Source: Paecilomyces variotii
Lineage: Eukaryota
Length of the DNA stretch: 64,000 nt
Strand: one strand, 5' to 3'
Assembly (NCBI GenBank): GCA_004022145.1
Contig: RCNU01000011.1
Shown here: positions 25,279 through 40,742 of the stretch, one piece after another
Position numbering within the stretch: position 1 is the first letter of the stretch
How the letters are laid out: each line of letters opens with the position of its first letter
The notes under the pieces: generated by a model
What the model was told of the DNA's origin: nothing
Seen by the model: the letters and a program-made list of their open reading frames with translations, nothing else
Databases searched by the model: none
Made by a program: the position numbers and the translations under genes

Positions 25279-26497
25279 ATGGGTAAAACTACATTAGCCG
25301 GACAGCTTAATGATGTCGGGCTCGACTTCGATATCGCCGTCAAGCAGGCCACCGTGACCCAACAACGGCGTCCGGCTACCGCGATCGATCGTGATATCGA
25401 GAAGCCAGGCGTAGCACGGGCGAACAGGGCCGTGTCGACCGACGAGCCAGAAGGAAAGAAAGAATACGTCGGAAAGTTTAAGGATTATGTGAGTTTCGCT
25501 CAATTGCAGCCCATAGCGAAATATATCGCAATGGAAAATAGAATGATGCTAACCATGTATATCCCCCAAACCCAGTCCGTCATGCAACAACATATTCTCT
25601 TCTGGGATCGTGATAATGACGGTCAGATCTATCCATGGGACACATACGTCGGATTCCGCGAATTGGGATTCAATATCTTCTTCTCGCTCCTTGCGGTTCT
25701 AGTCATTAATTTGAACTTCTCGTATCCGACTCGTCTGGCTCATTCGTGGCTTCCGGATCCGTGGTTTAGAGTCTATGTTGATAGTGTGCATAAGGCAAAG
25801 GTGAGTCTCGAAAACAAAACAAAAAAAGAACGATTTCCCCTCGAATTGGGGCATATGAACGAACGAAAGCGAAATCCATACACCCGGTAGATAAGAAGCT
25901 AATATCCCCCAGCACGGCTCCGATAGCGGTACCTATGACATGGAAGGACGATTCACACCACAATCATTTGAGAATATTTTTTCCAAATACGATATGGATC
26001 GAGATGGTGCTCTTAGTTTGAAAGAGACGTTTTCGATGATGGCTGGTCATCGATGTGCGGCTGATCCATTTGGGGTGAGTTGGATTATACATATCTCCTT
26101 TCTTTATTTCTTTCTTGTTTCTCAAGATATATATCCTTGTTTTTCTTTTGTTCGTTATCATTATGGTATATGGAATTTAAAACTGACTATCTCCATGATA
26201 CCAGTGGGGAGCAGCATTCTTCGAATTCGGAACCACTTGGCTTCTTGTCCAGCGTGATGGGAAGATTTTCAAGGAAGATTTGAGAGGAGTCTACGATGTA
26301 AGTTCTCTCTCGCCCGGTCGTAATATTCTAATTTCTCTTATCCAGACAGGTAAAAGGGTCCTTCTAACTTTTTTGACTGCTGCTTCTAGGGCTCTATCTT
26401 CTGGCGCATTAGGGACGCTCGCAAAACAAAGGCCGGATGGAACCAAGGTTTCGGTCTTGGAGGGGATGGGCTCTTTGGCGCGACGAAGGTGGCTTAA
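25279..26497 (+). CDS. Caleosin / peroxygenase family protein (multi-exon)
   Basis: QQHILFWDRDNDGQIYPWDTYVGFRELGF (EF-hand), proline knot 'FSYPT...WLPDPWF', HKAK-HGSDSG-YD.EGRF.PQ.FE.IFSKYD, DPFGWGAAFFEF; final exon GSIFWRI...TKVA* (TAA 26497). Confidence 0.9.
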
Positions 26498-27146
26498 GTT
26501 GATTACGTTCTGTTCTATCTCTTCAACATTAATGAATAGGGAGGCATATGGCAGTTTGAGCTGGAAGTATTATTTAGCTTATAGACATGAGCTCATAGAC
26601 ATGCATGCATGATAGTCATGATCCTTCTTTTCTCCGATCCTATAAATTATTTTTATAGGAATATGCCTAACAGATCCAGCAGATAGTGTCTCAGTATTCG
26701 TTATTTCGTTCCCGGACGAGTGTCCACTAGCCTGGAGAGTTGGCCTGATGATAGTAACTATCGCTTGCATAGTCAGATGTCCGTTCGAAAGCCATGATAA
26801 CCCGGCGCGGCATAATTGTTGGGCTCGATTCATGGCATCGGAGACCCATGACAGTGATTTTTGTTGCCGACTGCGTCAAGCTAACTTCGCAGAACAGCAA
26901 TGCTTCGAACGTCCGCGAGCTGATCTGATATCTCAGAAATGCGGCGCGACGTCATTAAAGACCCGACTCTCTGAATTCGAGTTTCAGTGATACAGCTTTC
27001 CGGAGCTGTTATTTCGCAAGAGCGCACCAAATGTGCCGCCGTATCAACCGTGGTTCTGATAAAGCAGCGCCAACAGAGAGAGGGGAAGAGAGAGAGAGAG
27101 GGCTTATGCGCGTTCAACCTCTGCCCTGTGAGAAAAAAGAGATAAT

Positions 27147-27896
27147 TTATGCAGAATCCACCTGGTGCGCCCTCAGCTTGTTCATGATCCCATCAATGGT
27201 ATCCATATCGCCAGCATCGACCTTCTCCCCGCGAGGATAGCCTTGGCCTTCGGGGAGATGCTTGACGAACTCGTCCATGCCAGGCTGGTAGTTGCGCACT
27301 GCTGAAGATAGAGCATAGACGGCCTTGCGGCGCACTGCCTGGTCTGGATCGGTGGTGGACATGTCCACGAGAGTGGGGAAGGCGTTGAAGACGAGGAGCT
27401 GTTTTAGAGGGAAAAAAAGTCAGTTAGCAATCTAATTCATGCAATCCAACACGAAAAGGGAATTTTCAAAAAAAATATATATGTATTTACGTACCTTATC
27501 CTGCGCCTTTTCATTATTCTGCACCGCCGTTCCAACACACCACGCCGCCATCTTCCGCATCTCTTTCTCCTCATGCTTCAGCAACTCCAGCAGCGGCGTC
27601 CACAGACCCAGATTCTCCATGTTATTCGCATTATCCACCGTCTCGATGAGCTGTTCGAAGTTGTCAAAGGCGATGAGCTTGTTTTCCAAATCGACTTCGT
27701 CCGAGTGCAGCGCCGCCATGGCTTCTTTCATCAGGTCAGCGTCGGAGGGGCCGCCGAATAGTGCGGCGAGGGCTTGCGGATTGAGACCCCGCGCCGGAGC
27801 ACCAGCAGACGAGGCATTGTTGTCTGTGGCATTGGTGGTGGTTCCGGAGGAGTTTTCGATTCCCCATTTGAGGAGATTGTTCATGTTGGCGTCCAT
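27147..27896 (-). CDS. FES1: Hsp70 nucleotide exchange factor Fes1 (two exons)
   Basis: [16 protein letters not shown]...[13 protein letters not shown]...[17 protein letters not shown]...[16 protein letters not shown]; exon 2 [15 protein letters not shown]. Confidence 0.93.
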
Positions 27897-30495
27897 TGTG
27901 GTGGTGGTGGTGGGTTTTCTTTTTTTGCGATCTCTGGTTTTCTATCGCGACGTTGACGATGGATGTATGTAATAATGTGTTCGTTTCAAAGAGTATAGGA
28001 TGAAAAGAATCGAACTTGAATCTGACTATTTCGGTGTCTCAAACTATAATCTAGGAAAGAAAAAAAAGGCCGTTTTTCTTACAGTAGGTAATAATGGTAG
28101 TTGACTGACGTATCTGGAGACGGAAGTGCGTATTAATTAATTAACTAGTAGGTTCGCGCGGACGCTTCTTCCTTCCACTGTCTTCCACCGCCAAGCCAGC
28201 TCTCCGCTCTCTCCGTGTGCGGGAATCTACATACAGTTTGACTGTATGGTATGGAGTAATGGAAAGCAAGTCTCGCATGAAGTGCGGTTATTTGTTTTGG
28301 TGTTACGAGACTCGTCTAGACTGAATTTTCGAGGGGTCGAAGGGGAAAAAGAGAGGTTGCATCCGCGCATCCCACCTTCTTACTACGTGCCCGATGTGCC
28401 CCGCCATCAGGAACCCCGCGCCGCTGAACAGGAATGAACACTCTGCGTGCGCTCTCGAAGCGGTTCTCACGGGGAAGCTAAGCCCATATCATATGCAGGA
28501 TGGCTCGAAGAATCGTATACCATACCATAGAAGGTGAAATATGCAAGTCACGAGAGTTGATTCCCCGCTCCAGCAGGATGGTGAATGATCCAATCAAGTC
28601 TGGACATTTGTGAACTGATAGAGTAAGTACTCGAGTAACTGACTACTTAGTGGCGCGGTGCCAGCCAAGAGAAATCCATTTGGTAGATGAGATAACGGTC
28701 GAATCTGTAACTATCATCAATCGACCGATGCATGACGACCTACTTTAGATCAGTCTCGCCCGCTTCTGCGAAGACCCTGCTTCTTGTAGTGTAGAATCTT
28801 AGATGTGATCTCCAGCCAGCTAGTCAGGAAGGGGAAGGAATCTGGAAGCATCGTAGTTCCTTACTAATAGCCGCGCTGAGCTAGTTTGCTACCTACCATC
28901 TGGGCATCTGGGCGCTTAGAATACTCTATATGTAGACACTTTGAAGATAGTGCGGTGGAAGTCTCTAACTGTTCAATAATGTCCACGGGAGAACTCCAGG
29001 TACGGAGTCTCTATGCATCACGTCCCCTAGTGATATAGGTTTAGTCTGCAATCACCAATGATTCCCCTTACTGAGGTATCATGATAAACATGGAATAGGG
29101 AATGAGGAACTCCTTGCGAATAAGCACGTGCACCAGCATCATATGATTAATTAGCGATTAGCCAGTATACTCTCTCTATGGAGGAAATACTACTACGCTG
29201 GGAAGAATGCCGCTGATGGATCCAGATCGATGCTGTCCAGGACTCTGTCTCGATGGAAGAAACGAAGGAATGCCCCAGGAGGGTCACATGACCACTAGAC
29301 CCCGCGCCAGGGAGTTTCGCTCAGCATCAGCGACTTTTCGCTAAGCAACAAAATACGGTGATGGGATTGGCAAAAAGGCGGTAAAGGGGCGGATTCTTCA
29401 CCGCGCAGTGCCAGGCGACCCCCAACCACGCTTCAGATTGCCATCCAGATAGGATACAGGCAGCTGGAATTCCGGTGGCCAGGAGGAACGCGCGTTAGAA
29501 GGCGCAGCCGGTGCCCTGTGTTGCCCAGCCATGGTTTGGTTTGGTTTGGGGAAGAAGCAGAGGCGCGAAGGCAGATACATTATTATTCCCCCCATGCCAA
29601 GAACAACGCAACGCAACGTCGGATGATGATATGATATCTTCGCGAAGCAATACGGAGTAATGAGAGTAACTATGTCGTTAGTGACTATTATTAGTCAGTT
29701 CCTGGAAGCAAAAGAAGAAGAACTTCGGCCAGCGTAACCTAATCTCGGGAAACATGGGTTTGGCAGCGCGGTGAGGCTCTGCGGACCCTCGTTTTGAGTA
29801 TTGTACTAGAGCACCTCTAGAACGCCAGTAGTGACTCCTACTACGGAGTCGATCATCCCCGGCATCCTCCAGAATTAGAAGTCATTATTCTCACACGCTG
29901 GGTCGCTGGCACGGGCTGCTGTGAACCGGCGGAACTGCTGGGCGTTGGCGTCTGGAACTGGCACGGGCAGACCCACGAGGTGTGCGCAAGTGGTTTTGCC
30001 ATCGCACGGTATGAGCCGGGAAACAGAGCCAAGAGCAAAGGGAGGAAGACGAAGAAGATGGGGGAGGAATGCGTATAATGGTGCTGCCTGGTGTTGGTGA
30101 TTGATTAAATAATAACAATCAGAATAATAATAATTATAATATATACCAAACAGGCGACCAGAGGGAAAAAAGCAGAGACAGCCGGATTCCCGCCCGCTGC
30201 GACTGGTGCGGTGCGCCTTCGAAGACCGGCGGCACACTCGCTCAACCAACAGGCCGACTGACCCCCTTCCCAGCCCACTACACTAAACTCATCCAACTCC
30301 CCTTCCCTTCTCCCATCGCCAACATCAACAACCCCGTCCTCCTATCTCATCCATCCCGCACCATCCCTCTCCTCCCGTCTACATCCTCATCTTGCCTGCT
30401 CTCTCCTCCCCAGTCGTGTTCGCTGCACGACCTTTTTAGATTTCTTCGTATTTGATTTTCTTTTCGTCAACCTCTTAATCTCTATTTCAGCCACC

Positions 30496-32237
<1,742 letters not shown>

Positions 32238-33476
32238 GGTATGACCAACCCAGAGACTCGACAGGACCTGTCATGAGCTGTATCTGACCTTTTTTTCTTC
32301 CAGCAACTACAGCGGATAATGGTTTCTTTCGTTCCTTCGTACCTTTCCAGGTTGTACCAAAACGCAGGGCGATGGCGGTGGCGGCTGATGATAGACCTTC
32401 TCTGAATCGCAATGTCAAGGCGATATCCTGCATAGGGACAAAATTGTGGAACAGAGACGGGCTATTTGGAAGGGTCTTAACTCTGCCGGAGGAACTCCTT
32501 TGACGGTTGATCGATTCAGCGTAGGAAAGTCCAAGGTGTTGGAGAGGAAAAGTTGAAGATACGATTGAAGGCTCTTGATATTACTTTCAATACTCGTACT
32601 TGGCCCCTTTTACCTTACCCGATACTTCTTTTTCTTCCTATCCACGGAATCTGAGTTCCCGAAAAAAAAAGGACAAAAAAACTGTCAAGTGCGACTCCCG
32701 TTGACTACTTAGGATCCTATATTTCCCCACTTCTTTCTATCACACCCTGCCACCATGCGCCCCTTTTTTCTCACATACATCTTATACTCGCCCTTTTCTT
32801 TTCGCAAACAAGCAGCAGCAGACAAACCCGAGTATCCTGAATATTAGTCGAATTATCAAAAGTTGACCACGCTTCTGCTCTGTGTAGGTAATAGTATCTC
32901 GTAGCGCCTTTTCGGAAGGACTAGTCTGTTCGCAGGAGCTCGTAGCTAGCTACCTATATATGCACTCTGCACGTGCCGGCTATACTCTATCTACTAAGTT
33001 TCTACTAAGTTTCTACCTACCTTATGTTAGGTAGGTACCTGAGTAATAGCTATGACGTAGTTTTTCCCGTGTAAATGGTAATATCTACTCCGTTGGGTAC
33101 CTTAGAAGCATGCATGTATCTCTTAATTAACCATTGAACTGAACTCATTTCTAGTTTAGGGACATTTCTACTGATTTGTATGTATGTATATCCGAACGGG
33201 CGTAACATCTTGCAAGTCTTGTGCGTCATCGTCTCCTTTGATTTCCTTCGCATTTGATCTCTGATTTTGGAACTTTTTTTATCCCTCGTAAATAAATGAC
33301 ATCTAGAGGATAGTGGGTAGTCAACCAAAAAAAAGGGGTAGATAGGTAGCTAGGAAAGTATAGCGTAACGTAACGTGATGTGACGGAACGGAAAATAAGG
33401 GTGATAACATGAAAAAATGGAAAAAAAAGGGAATCATTCTCGTTTTTTTTATCGAGGAAAGGGGAGGGGATCGAAA

Positions 33477-36043
33477 TCACGCGTCCCAGCTCTCCAGACC
33501 GGTAAGGACGCAGCTCTCCTCGCCGGCGTTCTTGACGCGGAGTTCTCCGACTTGGTAGACGGTTTCGCCTTCCTGCTCGAGAACGGAGCGGACGGCGTCC
33601 TCGCAGCCCTTCTCGACGACGATCACCATGCCGACACCGCAGTTGAAGGCACGGGCCATCTCGGCCGACGAGACATTGCCGGTCTTCTTGAGCCATTGGA
33701 AGACGGATGGCAGCTGCCACGAGGTGACGTTGATGTGAGCCGTCAAGGTGGCAGGCAGCATGCGGGGGACGTTCTCGACGAGACCACCACCGGTGATGTG
33801 GGCGAGACCCTTGATGGCGGAAGGGGATGTGGAGGTGTGGGAGGATGGGGTAGAGAGGGCCTTCAGCAGGGGCTTAACGTAGATGCGGGTTGGGGTGAGG
33901 AGGGCAGCTCCAACAGAGAGAGGAGAGGAGGATGAAGGCATCGTGAAGGGAGCAGGGTCGTGGTAGCTGAGACCGGAGCGTTCCACAATCTTGCGGACAA
34001 GGGAGTAGCCGTTGGAATGGATTCCAGAGGAACCCAGAGCGAGGAGAACGTCTCCGGGCTTCATGGAAGAAGTATCCGGCAGGATAGGTCTGGCATTGTC
34101 GCCAGTGGTGTTGATGGCGCCGACAGCAGCACCAACGGCATCGTACGTATCCTCGACGAAGAGACCTGGCATCTCGGCCGTCTCACCACCGACGAGGGCA
34201 CAGCCAGCCTGCACACATCCCTCCGCAACACCGGCGACGAAGGCAGAAGCCGTCTCGACGTCGAGGTGACCGCAGGAGTAGCAGTCCAAGAAGAAAAGAG
34301 GCTCCGCACCCTGGACGACAAGATCGTTGACGTTCATGGCAACAAGGTCGATACCGACAGTGTTGTGGATACCCATGACGTGCGCGATCTTAAGCTTCGT
34401 GCCCACTCCATCAATAGCTCCAATTATGGTCGGGGAGTGTGGGTGATAGGCTGGGTTCGCAGCAGCAAGAGAGAAGGTACCTCCAAAACCACCGATCACT
34501 GCGTCGGAACCGGGACGACGAGTGCGGGCCACGGAGGTCTTGATGCGGTTCACCAGCTCGTTACCAGCGTCGATAGAGACACCTGCGGAGGCGTATGTGA
34601 GGCCCTCCTCGGTCTTCTGTTTCTGAGAATCTCTGAAGGCACGGTGGGCAATGTCCTTGCGGTAATGCATGCCCTGGAAGTGGATCGTGGAGATACCGAC
34701 GTAACTCTTGCGAACGGCCTCCTCCAAGGTCTCAGCAGTAGAGGTAGCGGCGATGACACGTCCACCGGAGCTCTGCAGCTCGTTGCCAACCAACGTCGTA
34801 CCTGCGTGGAAGATCATAGTGTCCTCTGGGGTAGGATCCAGAGTAATGGGGCGTCCCTTGGCGTACGAGCCAGGATATCCTTCTGCGACAGCGATGACAG
34901 TCGTAGCAAACTTGGGCTCGACTTTAATGGCGACACCATCCAGCCAGTGTTCCGTACAAGCAACCATGATCTCAGCGAGGTCGGTATCCTCGCTGAGTAG
35001 AGGCAGAAGAGTCTGAGTCTCAGGGTCACCACCGCGGACGTTGTATTCGAGAACCTTAGGTCCATTCTTCGTCATCATGAGACCGGTGAAGAGGATACCG
35101 ACGAGAGGATATCCTGTTCTAGTTAGACTCACAGGGAAAAAGAAAAACAGAACAAGAGGATTTATTTCTCACCTTCTCGTCTCATTCCATCAATGGTAGG
35201 CTTGACGATAGTCCGGTCAATTTCCTCCAGAACTGCCTTTGAAGCAATCAATGTAGGAGCATAGCAGCCCATTCCTCCTGTGTTGGGGCCCTGATCGCCG
35301 TCAAAGATACGCTTGTGGTCCTGCGCCGGGGGCAGGGACTTGATCGTGTAACCGTCACTGAAGGTCAAAATACTAAGTTCGTCACCGTCGAGGTACTCCT
35401 CGATGACAACTTCATCCCCAGCTTCACCGAATTGGTGGTCCAGCATGATGTCGCGCAGAGCCTGGTGGGCCTCCTCCTTAGTCGTGGGAATGATGACACC
35501 CTTGCCGGCTGCCAGACCACTGGCCTTGATAACAACCTGGTGTGAAACAGAGTCGAGGTACTTGCGGGCGGCTTCATAGTCGGTGAAGTTCTCATATTCT
35601 GCGGTTGGGATGTGGTGGCGCTTCATGAAGTCCTTGGAGAAGGCCTTGGAGCCCTCCATACGAGCGGCGGCCTTGGATGGACCGAAGCATCGGATACCGA
35701 CTGTGCACAATCAGCAACATGTCCAGCAAAACAGCATCCGGGAAATAAATTGTATCTACATACCCGCCTGGAAGTAGCCTTGAATACCATCCACAAGGGG
35801 AGCCTCGGGGCCGGGAACGACCAGGTTGACATTGTGTTTCTGTGCCAGAGCGACCAGGCCGGGGTAGTCATCGACTTTGACGTTGGCGTTGATGATTTTC
35901 GACGATGTTCCTAGACCAGTACCACCGTTTCCTGGAGCGACATAGACGGCGTCGACCAGGGGAGACTGGCTCAGCTTCCATGCGAAGGCATGTTCGCGAC
36001 CGCCGTTGCCGACGACGAGCACGCGCAACCGTTCCTGGAGCAT
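33477..36043 (-). CDS. ADE5,7: Bifunctional GAR synthetase / AIR synthetase (PurD-PurM)
   Basis: MLQERLRVLVVGNGGREHA, GPEAPL, KASGLAAGKGV, QDHKR..GPNTGGMG, EYNVRGGDPE; AIRS half LTYASAGVSIDAGN, DGVGTKL, GGETAEMPG, SSGIHSNGYS, AHITGGG; two introns. Confidence 0.97.
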
Positions 36044-37204
36044 CTTCAATGCGGAGTTCCTGATTCAGATCTGAATCTGTTAGCAGTTGAATCACGGTAG
36101 ATATAATATAATGCTAGCAATCGAATTGAGAGTGTGATGGTGGGGGGTCGTGTCTGCCAAAATCCTCAACATGGACCGAACGGAACAAGTCCATTGCATC
36201 GTCCAAAATTGAGCGATCAGAGAGATCTGGACTAGATTTTGCCATTATTCTTGGAGAATCACGTATAACAGTAATCCTTGAAACCAAAGGCTGATCCTCA
36301 GATCAAAGCTCCTCCAATTGTTGGATTGGACAGGACCGACAGACTGATATCGAGTCATTCATGGAGGGGCAAGCGATTCTGCGGGGTTATTGAAACCAGA
36401 ACTGGTCGCAGAACGCCAGAACTGCAACACAGGGAGAGCATCGTGAAAACCAAGTCAAAAATAAGACATCCACACTCACCTTACTCGAAATCAAGAACGG
36501 ATCGCTGTGACAGACACTGACAGTTGAGAAGCAGAGCGTCTTTGAAAAGCCGCATCTGGAACTTTTTTTCTCGGGGACCGTCATCGGAGTGCGCTTTCTC
36601 CGACCCCACAAGAACTCTAAAGGACAAACCATTCAGCGTCGATAATAATGATATGGGCTCGATTCGAACACGGGCAATGCTACTGGGACTCGTCTGGTTC
36701 GTGAGAAGGTTAGATAAGTGTATGTTCTCTGGATTAGAGGAGAGCAAGAGGATACACAGGAGGTCGTGTCTTTGGAGTCTATGCTTCCTCTGACAGCCTG
36801 TAGTTAATTTACTCTTCGTGCACATTAAACAGGATGCCATATAGTGGCTCATGTCCAATGCTGGATATTAAATTTTCAAACGTAGTATATTATTTTCTGT
36901 TTACTAGCAACAATTGAACACCAAAATGATCACTGATATGTTGACCGTGCTCAGGAACAAGTAGCAAGTAGTAGTAAAAAGTAGTAAAAATAAGAATTCT
37001 CTTACTCTATGGCGACTTAGGAAGGCGGTGAAGGCGCGTAGGGCGAAGCCAGAAAGCCGAAGCCGCGCGCATCAAAAAAGTCCAAGAAGCTGGCGAGGCC
37101 GGCAGAAAGAGCTTTGTGGCAACCCTTCACCTGCAACGTTCCCTTCAATTCCTCGTTGCTTGTGTTGCTCGTCCCTTCTGCTGTACGTGGACTCATCTGC
37201 CTGG

Positions 37205-39802
37205 ATGTTTCGGGCCTCTCTGCGGTCGGTCTCAGACCCGTTCCGCGATCAAGTATGTTTCGCCTGTCTAGCCCGGAGGTCAATCGTCGAGAACTCCATC
37301 CGGACGTCGCCGTTCTACAGGACATACTCGTCAGGTCCTGATCACGGCGATGATGAATTGGGAGCTCCACCGCAGCCTACGGATTCCTCAATCCGTCTTC
37401 CAGGAAAGAAACCGGTATGTGGCCTCCTTTATGGGCGTGACTGTCCCATTGCGTACCTCTTCCCCCATGCGCCTGTAAGGACGTTTAACTGAGAATATTG
37501 CCTGCTCATAGGTGAAGCACCCCCGGCCGCCAGTGACGAATAGACCACTTGGACTACCGAAGGAAATCGTCCACAATCCTGGTGTACAAGTCTCCAGCCC
37601 GGAGCACGTCCAGAATGATCAGCCACCTGAGACACAAGCACCTCCGCCAGCTGAAGCTGCAAATGCTGGCATCAGCAAAGCGAAGCGGAGAAAATTGAAG
37701 CAGGCTGCTAAAAAGTCGAAAAAGGCTGAATCAGCGGTGGAGAGCGAGTCACAGACGGAAGAGGCGACACCGAAAGCAAAGCCACTTAAGATACGCAAGA
37801 CTAAAGTACCGAGCAAAAATGCTCTAAGAAAATCGTTAGACAAGCTAGCAGATACTGTGAATGCTCTCAACACGAAGAAGGCAGCCGCAAAGGCCGCGGG
37901 TGCTGTCCAGGAGGATCCGGTCGCTCACTTAAAAGGCTTCGTTTCAGCTAAGCAGACTGGCACACTGGAAGCTGGGAATTTGACACTTACTCGTGAGTAT
38001 CCTGGCCGCCGGTATACTACCCTTCGCTGGAAATGCTGACAAAAGCGGTCTCTAGCATTGGATGTCGAGACCGGGCAGGTACCGAATCTCTCCTTTGGCC
38101 TCGAGAGAGTCTTGTTCAAGTAAGTTACTCGGCCTCTTATACTACCTGTCACTGTACTAATTGATCGATATCTAGTCCCGGTGTTTACCATCTCCGTGAC
38201 CCACGTTCTCGAGTTTATAATTTCGATCCTTATCTGGGAGAAATCATGCCTGTTACGGAATTCGACTTCGACGCACTGAAGGAGTATATCACGTCTTCCA
38301 AGGATGAGACGCTGCGGAACGTAGCCGCGCAGCAAGGCAAAAAATACGTTGGCTCCTCTTCGAGCATGACCTCGGTCCTTGCGCACTTCCACTATCTCCT
38401 GTCCAATTGGCGGGCTGTCAACATATCAACGATGTCTCAACTCTTTCCTGACAAGATACGCAGTTTCACACGGCTGCTGAGGGCCCCTGCAGCTATGTTC
38501 CTCCGCTATCAGGATGGTGTCTATGCGATCGATGCGGACAAAGAGTTTGATAGCGCTAATATTCTCATGAATCTCGGCAAGTCAATGGAAAAGCTGCTCA
38601 CATTACCTAAAGAGGAGTTTGAGCGTTACCGCAGGTCAAGCAAAAATAAGATCTCTGCAGAGGAGGAACAGGCCATACCAGAAGCCTACCACTATTCTAC
38701 GCTGGGAGACTTCATCATGCGGTCTCAGCTTGATGCCTACGATCCACGACTCCCGGGCACTGGCATGTTTGATTTGAAGACCCGAGCAGTCGTGTCTATC
38801 CGCATGGATGCTAAGAACTTCGAGCATGGCTTGGGTTACCAGATCAAGCATCGATACGGGACCTACGAGTCTTATGAGCGCGAATACTATGACATGATCC
38901 GCGCTGCTTTCCTCAAATACTCATTGCAGGTGCGTATCGGTCGCATGGATGGTATCTTTGTCGCGTTCCACAACATCGAACGCATCTTCGGGTTCCAATA
39001 CGTGAGCTTGCCAGAAATGGACTTGGCTCTGCATGGGCAGACAGACACCGCACTGGGGGACACTGAGTTTCGCCTGAGTCTTTCCCTTTGGAATACGATT
39101 CTCGACAAGGCGACCGCCAAATTCCCCAAGCAGTCGCTGCGGTTCCATTTCGAGACTCGTGACACGCAGATTCCTTACATGTACGTATTTGCGGAACCTG
39201 TGACGGACGAGGAAATACATGCGATCCAGACCCGGAATAAGGATGCTATCGACGAGTATCAACGACGGGTCTTGAACCTTGGGCCGGAAAAGAAGGCCAA
39301 CGAGACCAATGAGCCTCACAGACCCGAGTCCTCCGTTTCAGAATCTAACACTCAGCCTGCTGCGAAGGATACAACCACCGTTTCCCAAAGCGCACAGCAG
39401 AACCCTGCTGAGGAGTTCGACAGCATGCATGGCATTAAAAAGGAGCCAGAGCAGGAACCCCGCGATCTGCTGGCGATGACACTTACGGTCCGCAATTTCG
39501 TCAACGGCAGACCTGTTGCGCGCCCGTTGAATTTCACTGCGAATGACAAGTGGACCATTGAGTACGAGCTCTCTGAGATGAAGCCCAACCAGACGCATGC
39601 GTTGTATGATGCACTCCAGAAGCGCCGCCGGAAGGCACTCTCTGGCCGCGGCGAAGATGAGACCGACCTGGCTGCGAATGTCTACATCCGCAGACTGCGT
39701 GAGATCAGCAAGGAGGGCAGAGAATGGCGTGCAGAGCAGGACAAGATCGACAAAGAAAAAGGCATCGTCGTCCTGACGGATCCTCTTCAACGAAGCTCAT
39801 AG
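37205..39802 (+). CDS. PET127: Mitochondrial RNA degradation/processing protein Pet127
   Basis: Arg/Ser-rich presequence MFRASLRSV...; VPNLSFGLERVLF-PGVYHLRDPRSRVYNF, YITSSKD, GSSSSMTSVL, RSQLDAYDPRLPGTGMFDLKTRA, REYYDMIRAAFLKYSLQVRIGRMDGIFVAFHN; three introns. Confidence 0.92.
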
Positions 39803-40742
39803 ACACCAAATGCGACGTGCGAGAAGTTCCAAGAACCCTAATCGATCTTTGTATATCATCATGTATATCCGTTATGATTCCATTAGTACCACGCTACTCT
39901 GATATCCTGACGTCTGAAAAAAAGTGGTCTGGCTGCTTATCTTTTTCCTAAATTTAGGGTTCATTGGTAGACTGGGGCATTTCGTACCAGATACCACTTT
40001 TGAGGATAAAGGTGTTTCTTCTCTGTTTGAATCAAATCTTGGGGAGTTCTACGGATCTGTACGAATTTGAAAAGTGGGCCTGTATAAGTACTCTAGTCTT
40101 TCTTCTCCTGGAACATTGATAATGGCATGTTTGTCCACTTGTCCTATATTAAGTGGGGGACTCATCTTATCCTGTTTTCTCACAAGTATTTTTGTACCTT
40201 AAATGAATTAATCCTTGCGGAAATTCGAAACCCCTAGCGCCATTTAACAGTTCCCGGGAAAAAAAGAACATACATACCCTTCGTACATGTACCAAAGCGA
40301 AGACCATTACGGAAATCATTCCATACGACGCGGCTTTCCCTCACAGCGAAAGATAAAACCTCAAATAGGACGGCGCAAAAAGGTGGTATCCAACCCGCAG
40401 GCGCAACAAACGGAGAGTATATAACGTAATGGAAACAGGGACGGGCCCTTTGAAGGCCCATTTCTCGAACTTCGGATCCAGCGAGCATCGGATATTTCTG
40501 GTTAACATGACATGGATAACATAATAGAGACAAAAAAGTTAGAGCAGAGCAGAGCATAGCAAAGCAAAGGGATATCTTTCTTTCGTCCACGGGCACCAAT
40601 TGCGGCCTAGCTAGGCTATCATGAGACGCGAAACCGTTGCTTTCGAGCATGAATTGCGTTTCCGTTTCCCGATTCATTTCCATTTCCACCGTCAAAAAAC
40701 AAATATAGGACTCGTATTTGTGGTTGATTTTCATTCTTCTAG

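Noticed and set aside
28246-30296. Short ORFs in the FES1-actin intergenic region
   Set aside because: No recognisable motifs, low complexity, mostly non-ATG starts; consistent with promoter DNA.
33960-35000. 346-aa antisense ORF over ADE5,7 (and similar shadows over PET127, ABZ1, the RdRP and the GHKL gene)
   Set aside because: Codon-bias shadow ORFs on the opposite strand of clear genes.
36640-36860. Possible tRNA, snoRNA or Pol III gene (GATTCGAAC B-box-like)
   Set aside because: Could not build a cloverleaf or find paired C/D or H/ACA boxes by eye; needs tRNAscan-SE or Rfam.
40234-40734. 166-aa ORF downstream of VPS55
   Set aside because: No recognisable domain; lies in the likely VPS55 3' UTR and includes simple repeats.
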